Below, piece after piece: positions 25,842 to 40,500 of a DNA stretch of 64,000 nucleotides. Under the pieces are notes generated by a model, which worked only from the letters and a program-made list of their open reading frames with translations, was not told the origin of the DNA and did no database searches. Position 1 is the first letter of the stretch, and each line of letters opens with the position of its first letter. The DNA comes from Lama glama (taxonomy: Eukaryota): contig CM052818.1 in the NCBI GenBank assembly GCA_028534125.1, positions 27,778,001-27,842,000 on the forward strand, read 5' to 3'. Position numbers and translations under genes: made by a program.

Positions 25842-28018
25842 CTGTGTATTTATGTATTGTTAAGCTGTTTAACATGTGTAAAACTTTTCTGTCCAGATTC
25901 ATTATATTCCTATCTTTTTTCCCCCCAGTGTTTCACTGATGAAGCTTTTTAGTGCTGTGCCTCTAGCCTCATTTTTTTTTCTTTTGCATAAGCCCTATGG
26001 TTTTATGGTAAAATTTTGCAGAACAAAGCAGTTTTCAGGAACACATATCTCTTATTATCACAGACCTGACTGTATGGGATATTTTATTAGCTAAGACTCT
26101 GCTATCTCCTTTTCTTGCTCTGTAGTTACACACTATACTTATGGACTAAAGTCTTGACTGAGATTCTTGCCATAAATAAATCTAAGACTTCCACATTTCA
26201 TTACTATGAATTTAGCTACCAAGCCATTTTATTGGATGTTCTCTTGTTTGTGTCTACATTCTGGATTCTTTGTACTTTTTCCATTGTTTCAACCAAGAGT
26301 TCATTTGGCAGCCAACTATTTGGAAACAAGTTATACTTTGAGAGTATACATTATGAATATTTGTACAGCTTTATATTTAGATAGGTATGGTCTGGCCTCA
26401 TGGTTTCTAATAAAAGTGACCAGAAAACTGCCTTTCCAGTTCAGGTCAATAGAGCCTAACATTATTCAGAGCAAACAAATGCCAGTTGTGAGGTTCAAAA
26501 ATTCACTAATTTAGTAGTCTCTTGGTTAGAATTTAGTCAGAGTATTCCCCACTGCCCATTTGATGTGGTATTTGCATGCATTCTAAACTGTAAGAAATAT
26601 TTAGCTACATTTTCCCCCCTTAATAGATAATTTTAAATAAAGTATTTTCATCTTGATGTTTCCAGTAATTACCTTAAAAATAATGTTAGGTTCTGTCAGA
26701 TGCCATGAGTTCAGATATTTGGGAGATAATGATAATAATAATTTACTGTATGTATTCTTAGAACTATCTTAACAATCACTAAAAAATCCTCCTGGATGGG
26801 TACCAAAATCTCTTCCTTTTACTTATAAGAAACCCCAAGGCACCTTGAAGTAATTTGTCTAAATTTACATAACTAGTGATGAAGCTCAGGGTTTGAACCC
26901 ATGCATTCTGACCCTTGAGTCTATGTGTTTAATCATTGCGTAAACCTTTGACTTGAAAGAATCCAATATGTTATTTCTGAAATTGGGAAGGGCAGCTTAC
27001 CTTGCAGTATTATTGCATCATATTGGTCACTTGGTTTAGCTCCTAGACCTCTGACCAACAAATTTCAAGTAAGAGTAAGATGATAAGTGTTATTCTATTT
27101 CTCCACAAACTCTAGGGGTTCATCTACCATAACTCTTATTTCACTACCTAGGGGATGGGCCAGAAATAAGTCACTCTTAAGAACTGCTTGTTGGTTGCAT
27201 CTGTACTCACTTTGGTCTAACTATATTTTCTCAACAAAGATGGGAAATAATAGCCTACATCTGTCGTTTAATTGTGGACAGTCACCCCTTGGCAGTCTCT
27301 TCTCTAGATTTTACAACTTAAATTCCTCTAATTGTCCTCACAAATATTCTGCTTTCTCTTTTTAAAAAAATGATACTTTTATTATTCATTTTTGTATTGT
27401 TCATGTTCTACTTTAAGTGATGTTTTATTCAAAACATAGATCTAGAACCTTCATTTCTCCTTTTGAAATTGTATTGAAGATTAAATTACATAACTAGAAT
27501 TTGCCATCTAGAGAGTTTAACTGTAGTTGAATTGGACATTCATTTATAGGACCAATTACCAGCATGAAGAGAACATTGAAGTTTGTAGGAATAAAAAGCT
27601 AAAGTGTTTGATCTTGGGACAACAACATGCTTGTTGCATAGGCTATTAACTATTTTTGAGGACTTAAATGAGTTCCTTCTTTCTTTTGACCTGAGTTTTT
27701 TCTCTATAAACATAAGGATTGGACTTATTGTTCTATATTATTACTTTTAGCCTGAATATTGATGTGGAAGTGAGTTTCCATGTCACCTTATTCAGTTGTA
27801 GTGTAGCATAATTCTGTTAATAGAGAAGACATTTTGTTATTACCTCAGTGATGACTTAGTATTGTTTTCCTATGTATGTCTAAGAAACTCTGTGCCATTA
27901 AGAACTTTTTAATTTGGTTTTATATCCCCAAGGACTTATTTTACTTAAAATTCATTTGGCCTTTGGCTTATTTCTAATTGATTAAGATTACTCTTTTTTC
28001 TCTTTTTATTTTAAAAAG

Positions 28019-28034
28019 CTGTCCCTATGTGAAG
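28019..28034 (+). CDS. Candidate 16-nt micro-exon (coding status unproven)
   Basis: ctcttttttctctttttattttaaaaag|CTGTCCCTATGTGAAG|gtaagt. Consensus donor. Confidence 0.5.
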
Positions 28035-30204
28035 GTAAGTGTTTCCTTTCTGTATTTTCATTCAACCATTGATTAGGATTAAAGCATGTCAGTTCTTCAG
28101 CTGACCTCCATGGACTGAAAAAAAAAGGGGGGGGTAACTGTCAGGATGACCTCTGATTTGGCAGATATAAAACATAATATATTAAGTTTGCTGTCCATTT
28201 TCACCAGCACTCAAAAACTGCAATCAGAGGGCAGAAACAAGATTTTTCCATAATCCTTTGAACAATTGCAGTAAATTCTACTTGATTATATGTTGCCATA
28301 TTCTCAACATTCATAAAATAAGGCTTTCACTTTTTAACTTGTATAATTTAACTTATAACTTAAGGGCATTGTGAGGTATATTATAATGGAATTATTTGAT
28401 ATTTAGAAAGATGAAAATGAACATTAAATAAATGCATAATATTATATTTTATGGACATCTTAAGGGAACATATTGCATCCATTAAAAAGAACAGGATGTC
28501 ATATATAATGAAAAGAGTACAATAGTAAACTATTAGAAAGCACAGAGATATTACAGAATGTGTAAATGAATAGAAAAATGATATGAAACGGTATCAACAG
28601 ACATGGTTTTTCAGAATAAAAAGACCCACTGAGTGTCCAGCACAATGAATGGGAAAATATCCACACCGAAGGATATAGTTGTGAAATTTCGGAAAAGTGT
28701 AGAAAAAAGGGAAGATTTTTAAAAAGCTTCTAAAGGGGGAGGAAAAAGCAGGTCACATACAAAAGATCAGCAGTTATCAATGGACCAGCAAATTCCACAG
28801 TATTAAGTGTGACTTCATTCCATGTCCCACTGCATGGATATAAGGTGGAAAGGCATTATTGAAATGTGCACTTTCTTTCCTAGGTTGGTTCTGTATCCAA
28901 GCCAAGCCTGAGACAGCAAGAGAATGTTATTAGAGAGTGTGAAAAACTTGGTGAGATGAGCCAAAGAGTAATGCCTACTAAGCACAAAGCTGACTTGGGA
29001 ACACAGAGATGCAAGATACATACACTGAGCAGATGGAAGCAAATCTTTCCAGTGAAGTTACAGCTTTTATTGAAAGGGCAAAAAGAAAGGTGGCATTTAG
29101 GCCAAACCTCAGTGGAGCCTTGGCACTCATTCTCAGTGTATTTCTAAACCTGTGTGTGTGTGTGATGTTTGTGTTTGGGAAGGCAATGGGCACTGATTTG
29201 TTTTTAGATGAAGGAAACTGTTGAGGGAATGAATATGAAGAAGGGTAGTCCCTTGCTGAGCTTGGAAGAGAAAGGTGTAAATCTCCACAACAGCTTAAAA
29301 AGGAAAAGGACTTGTTGCTGGGACGTGAGACATTCAGGGCTAAAACTGGGACAGTCCCTGGCAAAGTGAGATGATTTGGTCACCCATAGTGAAGCTCTAG
29401 GGAATCTAGGGATGAACAGATAAATGCAGGACTGAGACTGGAATGGAAAGGAGAGTAAGAAAGGGAGGACGATAAAAGTGAAACGGGACTAGCCAGAACT
29501 TGAGAGTAGAGTTGAGGATGTCAGTCTTTGAGGAAAACCTTCATCCATGTGGGTGAAAGGCTGAGCTTGGATCAGGCGTGAGGCAGACTCAATATGATTT
29601 ATGTCCAAGAGATTGTGGACCACTCATGAATGCCTCTCAGGTTAAATATGTCTCTGTGAAAAATAAAATACACCAAATTTCAAACCTATCTTCTCAGAAT
29701 TAATTGGTAGTACACCTAACTTTCATCAAAATTAGATTTTTCTAGATACTAGGATTTGTGAGGTTTTGTTTTGATTCTTATTCTTTGTACCGGCACACCA
29801 GAGAGAATCATCACTATCATTAGAAACCAAAAATCCCTATCAGAACTTCGCAGTGGTACACTCTGCTCTGCCTCCCTCTGGTGCCCTCCTCGGGTCTATG
29901 CTTCTTTACCTTTAGAAATTCCCAAGGACATAGTTCATTTTCATAAACACAAGATATGACAGAAATTCAGCAAGGGACCCATAACATTGGCTGCTGTCAG
30001 AAAGGAAAAAAAGCCCAATTGGTCTATCTGCTGAAGTATATACTGAGAATGCAACCCTAGACAAATCTCAAAGGCTGGTTTTTAAAAATCTGCTGCTGAA
30101 TCAGGGGGGTTGACAGTGTATATTTTAGGAGGAAAATGCTAAGCTGGAAACTGAAGCATCATTCAAAATTGAATTTTAGTGTTTCCCTTCTCTTTCTCTT
30201 GTAG

Positions 30205-30226
30205 AGAAAGTATAAGCTTTTTCCAA
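30205..30226 (+). CDS. Candidate 22-nt micro-exon (coding status unproven)
   Basis: tttcccttctctttctcttgtag|AGAAAGTATAAGCTTTTTCCAA|gtatga. Confidence 0.45.
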
Positions 30227-33097
30227 GTATGACTGCCACTTTTCCATTGTCAATGCTGTGAGACCTGATGCCATAATTTTCCATCATCTAATTTACCCCA
30301 GCAGTTCTGTATTTTGAAAGAGAGTAATTATTCTCTACACTGAATCTTCATTTTATGTACCATATGGGATTAACTGGAAATAATATTTAAAAATTTCAGG
30401 TATCTTGAAAAGTAACCAAGAAAATGAAATATGTCTTAGAAAAACAGGTTAATGCCTTTGAGGGAAAATAAATGATAGAAAAATTCAAATACTCAATGGG
30501 AAGGTAAAAACTGTAAAGGAATAATGCTGCAGGGCATACATAAATGAGAAATAATAAATTAGGTATTGCAATAAAACATTTTTTACAAAGGGCAACTGCA
30601 AGTTAGAAAATATTTCATATTTCCCATTATGGTTGAGTCTATTGTTTTCAAAGTCACTGATGAGACTTAAAACAGACTGTCGCTTTTTAAAATAGATTCA
30701 AATCTATATAACCTTGGAGTTTTTAATCCATTTGCATTTTACCATCTGCTCTGCATGTTTCTTAATTTAATATGCGTATCTCAGAATTGATTCAACTTAC
30801 AAACACCTTACAAGGAAGACATGTGCTACTGTTGTGTTGCAGAAATGATGATATTCAACAGTCTGTACAACATAAATCTAAAAGGGCAGCATGGAAAGTA
30901 CACTAGACAAGGAGTTAGGAGACTAGAATTCAGTCATATAGTAATTACTAACTCACTTTGTGACCTTGAACATCATGTCTAAACCCTCCAGTCTTCAATT
31001 TTCACGTGTACAAAGGCCACTTTTTTAAGACTCTTTCTGATTCCAAAATTCTCATAAATGTACAATCATATTGGGGGAAGGAGCGATCATTTCAACTAAG
31101 AAATAGACAAGAACTGATGCCTCTTCTCCCCTCTTTTGATAATTATACTTAGGAAAGAGTTCACAAGAGTTTTAAATGAAAAATCACAGTCCTGTAACAA
31201 ATATAACTAGAGATAAGTATTACAACTGAATACTGAACACTCAATACTAATAAAAATGAAGTGTGAAAAATAAAAAATTAAAATAAGTTTACATATATCA
31301 GTAATCATAATAATTGTGACTATAAGGTAATTTCTTGATGAGAATCTCTTACTGAGAGACACTATGAAAGCAAATTCTAAATCCAGCTATAAGCTAATTT
31401 CAGTAGACATCCCTATGATATAAAGGTATAGAAAAATTGGAAAGTAAGAAATGAAAAATATATATATTTTTAAAAACTCCAACCTAAAGAAAGTTGATGT
31501 AGCAATATTATCAAAATGGATATACTTGAAAGGCAAATGTATCGCTAGGGATCATGAGGATTATCACTTGATAATAAAAGAAAAATTTTGCCATAAAAAA
31601 AAAAATCACAGTTCTGAACCTTGAATACATCTACCAGTGTAACATATGAGATAAACATTGATAAAATTATCTAGGAAGATGTCCAAAACAGAATTTTGAT
31701 GGGACATTTTTATGCACTGATAGATCAGACAATTTAATGAACAACCTGAACTTAATGTATAGAGCCCTGCAGCCAACACTGAGAAAGTGTATGTATTTTT
31801 TCATGGCAACATAGCCTATTAACAGAGATTTATATAGAGTCTGTGCATGTCTCCCATTTATGTTGGCATCATTTGCATTATGCTATTAAATGTCATAAAT
31901 GTGCAGATCAAAATCAAACTCTACAAGGCTCCCTAGACATAGGAATCTTTCATTGTGGTGGTCTAATGAGCACAAAGGAAGGGATTTTAAATGTAAACTT
32001 TAATGTGATTTGATAAATGTGTGTATCTGCGTAGCCACCACTAAACTCAATATACAGAACATTTCCATCATCCCAACTTGGGTCCCAAGATGACCCAAGC
32101 CACTGAGATATTGTCATTATTGTTGTCATTGTATAGAAGATTTTTTTTTTCTGGAGGTTCACAGAAATGTTATCATGTATCTTGCACTTTTATGTGTCTG
32201 GTTTCTTTCACTCATCATGTTGTTTTTGGATTTGGCCACTTTGTTGTCTCAGTTGTTGCTTCTTTCACATTGCTGAGTAGTTTCCTGCAAATCCTTTTCC
32301 ACTTGCCTCTTGATAGACATTTTGCTTGTTCCTTATTTTTGACTAACAAAGAAAATTGCCATGAACATTCCTGTGCAAGTATTTTTGTGTATATGTGTTT
32401 TCAGTGTTCTTGGGTAAATATCTTAGTTGAATAGCTGGATCATATAGTAACTATATGTTTAAATTTTTTGAAAAATCCATTTCCCAAAGATATAATCTCT
32501 ACATATTCCAACCACCTGTGTATGAGTTCCAGTTGCTCTACTGCAAGGGCAACAGTCTTTTAATTTTTAATTTTATTTTTTAGTTAATTCATTATCTATC
32601 ACAAGTTTAGTGAACATTCATTATCCTCATATTGATACAAAATTAAAGAAATAGAAGAAAATGTTTTTTGTGATGAGAACTCTTAGGATTTACTCTCATA
32701 ACAACTTTAATATATAACATACAGCAATGTTAATTGTATTTATCATGTTGTACATTGCTTCCCTAGTCCTTATTTATCTTGTAACTAGAATGTTGTACCT
32801 TTTGGACAATAGTCTTTTAACTTTAGACATTTGAGTGTAAATGTATAGTGTTATGTCATTATAGTTTAAATTATCTCTGATAATTAATGATGTTGAGCAT
32901 CTTCTCATGTGCTTATTAGTTATTTGAATATTCCTTTTTGGTTAAGTGTATGTTCAAATCATTTACCTATTTTTGAATTGAATCTCCTTCGCATTAGTAT
33001 GTATTACAAATATCTTCTCCTAGATTGTGACTTCCTTTTTCTTTTCTAGCAGTGTCTTTGGAAAAGCAGTAATTTTTAGTTCTGATTAAATAATTCT

Positions 33098-33155
33098 TTT
33101 ATTTATTTATTTATTTATTCATTCATTCATTCATTCATTCATTCATTTATTTATT
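33098..33155. repeat. Compound (ATTT)n(ATTC)n microsatellite
   Basis: Seen directly. Confidence 0.9.
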
Positions 33156-34053
33156 TTTTGGTGACTTATGTCTTTGCCTAGCCCAAGATTTTATTCTAGA
33201 AATTCAAATGTTTTTGCATTTGAAGGAATTGCCTCTTCCAGTCTTTACATTCCTCAGATAAGATCTACTTGTGGATCTGAAGTGTTTCTTCATCATCATC
33301 CCTGCATTCCCAGGGTAAACCTCATATGTTACCCTTCTTATGCATTATTGGATTTTATTCACTATAAGGGTTTTTGCATTTATATGCATGAGGGATATGG
33401 TCTGTAGTTCCTTTTTGTTTTTGTAATGTTTGTGTCTGATTTTGGTGTCAGGATTATAAAATGATTTAAGTGTTTCTTCCTCTGTTTCATGAGATAGTAT
33501 GTATGTGGTTGATATTTCTTCCATAAATGTCTGACAGAATTCATTATTGGAATCATGAGGTCCTACAATTTTTTGCTGAAAGTATTTTTGATAGAAAAAT
33601 CACTGTTTTTAAAGAATATTGCAAAAATAAGGTTTTCTGTCTCCTCTTTTGCTAGTTTTGGTTCATTGAGATTTTCAAGGAATTGATGTCTCTTTTTTTT
33701 GAAGGCAGGATACATTTTTATCAAGTTGTGAAAATTGTCTTCCATTATTTAATATCTGTGGGATCTTCAGTGAGCTTTTTAATTTCTGATGATTTATATC
33801 TTTTTTGTTTTTTTCTTGATCAGGCTAGCTAGCTAGTTATCAATTTTGTTTGCCTTCTCAAAGAAACAATTTTTAACTAATTTTTCTCTATTGCTTCCTA
33901 TTTTATTGATTTTCATGTATATATTTCCTTCATCATACTAATGTATGTGTAATTAGCTCTTTTTCTAGTTTCTTAAGTTGACCGTTTACCTCATTTATTT
34001 TTAGATCTTCCTTTTTTTCTAATATAATTATGTAAAACTAAAAAAAATCTAAG

Positions 34054-34569
34054 TGTTACTAAGTCCAAGCTCATACTACTCCCTGCACAACAGGTGAATA
34101 TATCAAGAGATGAGTTGTTGGGACAGTGAATAGCAACTTTATTCAGAAAGCCAGCAGACTGGGAAGATGGTGAACTAGTGTCCCAAAGAACCATCTCGTC
34201 CAGGTTTGGATGCTAGTTTCTTTTATAAAACAAAGAAGGGGAGGTGAGGAGGTAAATTTAAAAGGTTGGTAAGTTGTTGCAAATATTTTCTGATTCCTGT
34301 CAGACTTCAGAGGGAATGTGTTCATTTCTTCTTTCCTGCAGCCATTCACAAGTGGGCCTGGTCAGGATGTTTCCTGTGAACTAAGCAAAGGTATTTTAGC
34401 TTAATGCTTAGGCATAGGAGTCAGGGTTCCTGGAGATGGGCCATTATATATATTTTAAGCTGTAGGCAACATACCTTTAGTGATTAACTTGTACAAAAGC
34501 AATAGAATCAAAGGTTAAAATAAAAGAAACAAATCCAGTATGGAGCCAGATTTGTTCTTCCCTGTTACA
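34054..34569 (-). mobile_element. Solo ERV1-class LTR, 516 bp, 4-bp TSD
   Basis: tgttac...gttaca termini. TSD taag at 34050-34053 and 34570-34573. AATAAA on minus near 34140. Confidence 0.85.
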
Positions 34570-37500
34570 TAAGCTATATTTTGGCTGAATCTTGCAAGTC
34601 TTGATATTTTGATGATTTCATTTTCATTCATTTTAAGGTCTTTGATGATTCTTTCTTTGACATATTTAGAAGTGCATTGTTTAATGTGCAAATATTTGGG
34701 GATTTTCCACATAGCTTTCTCTTGCTGATTTCTGTTAGTTCTATTGTTGTCTGTGTATTTGAATCTTGTAAAATTTATTGACTTGTTTTACAGCACAACA
34801 TATGGTTTGTCTTGATGAATTTGGCATGTTTGATTGAAAATAATGTATATTTTGCTGTACTTTGGTAAAATGGCCTATAAATAAATGTCAGTTAGGTCAA
34901 GTTGTTTGATTGCATTGATCAGTCTTCTGTATCTTCACTGGTATTCTGTTTGCACGTTCTGTCATTACAAAGAGGAGCCCTGAAATCTTCAATTATAATA
35001 ATAGATTTGTCTGTTTCTCCTTTCAGTTCTGCCAGATTTTGCTTCATGAATTTTGAAATTCTGTACAGGCACATACAATGTAGGATGATTATATCTTTAC
35101 TAGAAATTGACTCATTATCATTATGAAATGTCCCTTTTTAATCTCTATTGATATTCCTTGATTTGAAGTTTACTTTACCTAACTGCAGCCACTTCAGCTT
35201 TCTTAATATTAGTATTTGTATAGTATATCTTTCTGTTTTTGCGTTCTTTTAGTTTTATCCTTAGGTATCATTATACTTAAAATAGGTATACTTAAAATGT
35301 AGGCAAGATATAGTTTGTTACTTCTTTTTTGGGTCGAGTGTGATAATATCTGAGTTTTAATTAGAGTTGCTTAGACTATTTATATTTAAGTAATTTTTGA
35401 CATCATTGGGCTTAAATCTGCCATCATGCTATTTGATTTTTGTTTCCTTTTCTTTTTCTTTTGGAGTAATTCAGTTTTGTTTTATTTTGTTTGTGAATAT
35501 ACCAGTTTATCTCCACTATTGGTGTATTAGCTAGTTGTCTTTGTATATCTTTTTGTGGCTATTCTAGATTTTATACTATATATCTTTAATGAAACATATT
35601 TAAATTATATATATGACTTAAGAACCTTTAAATATTTCCCTATAACATGTCCTTTCCAATACTTTGTGCTTTTGTTGTGGTGCACTTTACATATATTCAT
35701 ATGTGTATGTGTATGTGTATATTTAACCCCATAACATATTTTTGCTTAAACAATCATTAATTTTTAAAGTTTTTTTAAGAAATGAAATTAACATGTTCTT
35801 ATATTTACCTGAATGCTTGCTATGTTTGGTGCTTTTCCCCCCTTTTCTTTCTCTTCTTTCTTCCCTCCCTCCTTGTCTCCCTCCCTCCCTTCCTTCCTTT
35901 CCTTTCCTTTTCCAACTGGTATTATTCTGCAGTACCTGAAAAATTCCCTTCAACATTTCTTTTACTGCACACTTGCTGGTGAACATTCTTTCAGACTTAT
36001 TTGCTTGAAAAAGTTTTTATTGCTTAATTTTTGTAGTATATTTTCACTGTGTTCTACTTCGATGGTGTTTTTTTTTTCCTTTCATCAACTCTGGATCACT
36101 GAGTCTTTGATGCATCTTTGGTCATTCTTTTTTTTTCCTGTATAAACTGTATCTTTTTTCTATATATGCTTTTAATATTTTTCTCTTTATTACTATTTTT
36201 TAGTAATTTAAACATAATATATTTTGTTGTGGTTCTCTTTGTGTTGGTTATGTTTGGAGTTCATTGATCTTGAACCTGGAAGTAATATTGTCATCAAATT
36301 TGGAAAATTTTTGGACAATTTTGGAATTTTAATTTCTTCAATACTTTTCTATATTCCTCTTTCTTTCCCTTCTTCTGGTATTCCAATTACATGTTTGTTC
36401 CACAGTTTGCAATTAATCATAAGTCAATGAGATTCTTTCTTTTAAAAATCTCTTTTCATTTCTTTTTCTCTCATTGCTTTATTTTGAGTAGTTCCTGTTG
36501 TTTTATCTTCAAGTTCACTGATCTTTCTCTATGCGGTGTCTAATCTGGTGCTAATTTTTTACCCATGATAATTTCATTTCAGATATTGTATATTTCATCT
36601 CTAGACGTTCCATTTTGTTTTTTCTTATATTTTCTATTTCCTTTCTCATTATATTTTTCTTTGAAATCTTTGAGGATATTGAACATAGTGATGATACTGA
36701 TTTTAGCATTATTTTCTGCCAATTCCCTCATTTTTGTCATTTCTATGTCTTTTTCTGTTAATTGATCCTTCTCCTGGTTATAGGTTACATTTTCCTGCCT
36801 TTTCACATACCTAATATAGTTTTGATTGACTGCTGAGCATTATGATTTTACATTTTTTGAGTATTGGACTTGTTATATCAATATAAGGAGTGTCTTGGCA
36901 GCCAAAGTTGCTTACAGATCATTTTGATGCTTTTGTGATTTGTTTTCAATCTTCTTGAGTTGTTGCAGGTATGGAGTAGCTTCCATTCTCGCTTCATTAC
37001 TAAAGCATGATCCTTTGGGGACATCTATTGACTGCCCCATATATTAACAGCAAGGTCTTTCCTTCTGGCTGGTGGGAACACAAATGATTTCTTTCTGAGT
37101 AAGGTCTGGGGATTACTTGCCTACAGATCCCTGGTAATTTTTCTTTTCCTGAAAGTTGTTCTTTGCCTGGCCCACAACAAACCTGTGCAAATCCATATTT
37201 AGCTAACAATTCAAGGGGAGTGTTATGCATATCTGAGCCTCTTTCTCTGCATAGCTTTATCCTCTTGGGTATTCTACAGTCCCTTTCCCCAAACAAGTTG
37301 AGTTTCCTTCACCTCACTGAACTTCAAGCTCTGTCTCCTATACTGAGACAGTTGGCAGTCTCTATTTGAATTACCCTTTTTTATTGTTAAATCTTGAAAC
37401 TGCCTGCAGGCAGAAAGCCAAGGGCTCCTGTTTTCCTGGTTATTTGCATTCCAGTGACTGAAAAGAGTGGTTTCATATATTCTTTCCACTTTTAAATTAT

Positions 37501-40500
37501 TTACATTGGAAGAATTATTTTGGTACATTGGTCCATCATGACCAGTCAGGAGTTGAATTTTTTAAAAAATATATTTACATATTTTTTTGCTGTGTAAAAA
37601 TTCTATTTATTACAAAATGTCAGCCATAGCAGATATACTGCACATGGAAATAATAATTTTATCTTATCAAAAATCATTTATAAAACCCTGTAAGGAATCT
37701 AAAGGTTAGATTATGAATATAAATGTACTTTGAAATATGACCTCCTTTTTCCTTGTGTGCTCCATTTTGATTGCCTATCATGATGTATGATTGCTCAGTC
37801 AATCAATGGGGCTGAGGTCAGGTACTCTGTGGGACACAATGAATTTTAAAATACTTAAAAATATTATTGTTTCCCTTGACTAGATTATAATCAAATAAGA
37901 AAGCCAAGACATGAAATATAATCATTAGCTAAGAACAAAACATGAAGTACTAGAATTTTTCAGAGTATAGAGGGGGCACTGTTGGGAGGTTTGGACAGAG
38001 AACTCCAATGACCTGATTTTAACATTAGGCAGTTCTAAGAGTAGTCCTATGGACCAATCACTTAATTTTTCCATGTTACAAACAAGTAATAGCTCACTCA
38101 GAAGTATCTGAGAGCAAGTGAGGCTGGGCAAAACTCATACCCTAGGTAGATTCCATCCATCCATCCAGAATAACAGGCTTTTCTCTTTTTGCATAATCTT
38201 CTCATATTCTATTCTACTTACGGGCATTTATATGCTGAGTATAATTATGTGTAGTTTATGTTTTCAATTAATCTATAGTACTTATACTTTGCATATACTT
38301 TTGTTGACTATGTTCTGATTACTGGCATTAAGAAAGGATTCCATGAGTGACCTTTTAGTGACCAGAGCTTTGCTGGGTTCTGACTGGTTCATTTCACTTG
38401 TGGTTTGATTTCTCTGAATATCAATCAGTGAAATAAAATTGCAGTATCGTTGCAGTGAGTTAATGCTGCTTACATCTTACATTTTACATGGCAAATAGTA
38501 GTTTTTTTTTTTAGTAAATATCTGAGACCATCGACTTCAATGAAGTCTGCAAATGCAATGCTAAATATCACAGGTCTCTGTAGAATGGCTAAAAATATGT
38601 GCACACACATTAGTGAAGAGGGAGATGTTCACCAGCTGTGACTTAGGGGTTTCACTTTCTCAGATTATCCCAGGGAGGATGTTTACTATGGTTTAACTTC
38701 AAGGTCAGTGATTTGGGGAAGCATGTAGAAATGCAAAACTTTTGAGTAGTCATACCTTTTACTTTCTGTAGAGCAACTCACCGAGATGAGTTTTAAAATC
38801 CAGTAAGACATGATGATGAGTTCCATAATTTCAAGTTCCTTTCACAGAAAAACTGTTTCCAAGGTCTTTACCTTAGTTTGGGCTTCAAAACTGAGAACTG
38901 AAGAAGTTAGTAAAGAAACTGAATTTATGTGGATTTCAAGGCACATAATAGAAGAAACAGATAGAAGAGGTAGATAGAATACCTTAAACTGTTATTAAGA
39001 AATTAATTTCCTGACTGAGGAAGGAGAATCACAATGATTTCTTCTCTGGGTATGTATCTTGATGCAGCTCTGTTGTGTTACATAGTTTTGTTTATAGTTT
39101 GCTGGGTGGCGAGAAGGAAGTTGATGCTGTTATCTATACATTTTGGAGTATTCTCTGAGTCAGGAATCAGAAGAACTGATTGTATTTCTTACTCTTCTGT
39201 TGGCCAGCTGGGTGACCTGAGATAAGTCAGTGTGACTCTGGGACTCAAGTTTCCTATGACTAATATGGGGAAGTTAAACTAGACAGACTCAAAGTTTTCT
39301 TCCAGCTTATCTCATGACTTTATAAAGTTTTAAATTAGGAGGATAAAGGTTATAAACTTAGAAATAACCATGACTGGTCTAGATTAATGTTCTATCCAGA
39401 TCCCAAATCTGTGCAGACAATGGTCCTGGGGAATGAACTGTGAGAAGTTGTAATTTTTCATCCTGACATCAGCCTTAGAGGTAGAGCATGTGTGTCAGCT
39501 CCTTGTAATCTCCATTGATGGCACTGTGGTGTATAAATCCAGCCAATCCCTTTTAAAATTCACTTACATTTGCTCTTAGTACCTACCTCTTATGGGTTAA
39601 GAGTTTTATAAGATTGTCTGCTGGATAAAGAAGTACTTAAGTACTTCCTCTTTTTGGTCCTAAGTTTACCTTTCTGAGTTTTAAAAAGGATCTCTCCCCT
39701 AAAGGGGACTCCCTCTAATATTTTAGATTTTGAAAGTTAAGTCTCTGCTTGTTTTAGTCACATCTATCACCACTTTTTTATATTTTTAAGATCTTAATAT
39801 GGTTGGCATCCTCTGGTTTTGTCTTCCCAGGTTGAAAAGTTTAACTCTTTCAGTTACTTCTTGCATTGCTGGCTCTATTCCCTAGCACTGTTCCCACTTT
39901 GAATGCTTATGATTGCTTTACCTTTCCTTTTCTGAATTTTTATCACGTCCATTTGGCATTTCTGCAAGCGTAACAACAAAGAAATATATGGGATTATAGA
40001 GGAAAAAGCAAAAGGAAAAGGCAATATATTTTCTTATAATTTGCAGACAATCCATGCCTGGCTGGATTTTTGGGAAACAGAAGTACCATATGTCTGTATT
40101 CTCAAGGAGCCACCCCACTGCTCACCTAATTGAAATTAGTTTTTAAAAAAGCATTGTATTATTCATTATGCTTTTTCTCTTTCTTCCATCCTCTTTCTCT
40201 TTTTCTCTCCTTTCTTCTTTTTCATTCTCCTTATTGTTGTTTTAACAAGCCAGCCATTTGGGCTAAGGGGTTTTAGAATGGGCACCCCGTCCCCTAGTGA
40301 TTTATTACCTAAATTTAAATTTAAGACATTAAGCAATAAGAAATATTATGTGCTTCCATTGTAAGTCCACTTCCTTTTAATTATTGAAAATATAATAAGC
40401 CTAATTTAAATGTTTGGGGGTCAAAATAATCAATCAAAATGAAAAGCAAGGATTTTCTGGAAGCAGTGGCGAATGCTAAAGACACTGTTGAGGCAGGGGA

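Larger units (their letters stand above)
31950..37550 (-). mobile_element. Old antisense L1 with nested insertions
   Basis: T-rich plus strand. ORF-track 36579..36806 (minus) is ORF1-like. A nested L1 3' piece near 32565-32805 is bounded by caacagtcttttaa and caatagtcttttaa. Confidence 0.8.

Noticed and set aside
28815..29364. Cluster of overlapping ORFs up to 128 aa
   Set aside because: They run through a TG repeat and a small hAT-like fragment. I found no convincing splice boundaries or motif.
35723..36145. Overlapping low-complexity ORFs
   Set aside because: Produced by a CT-rich simple repeat inside an antisense L1.
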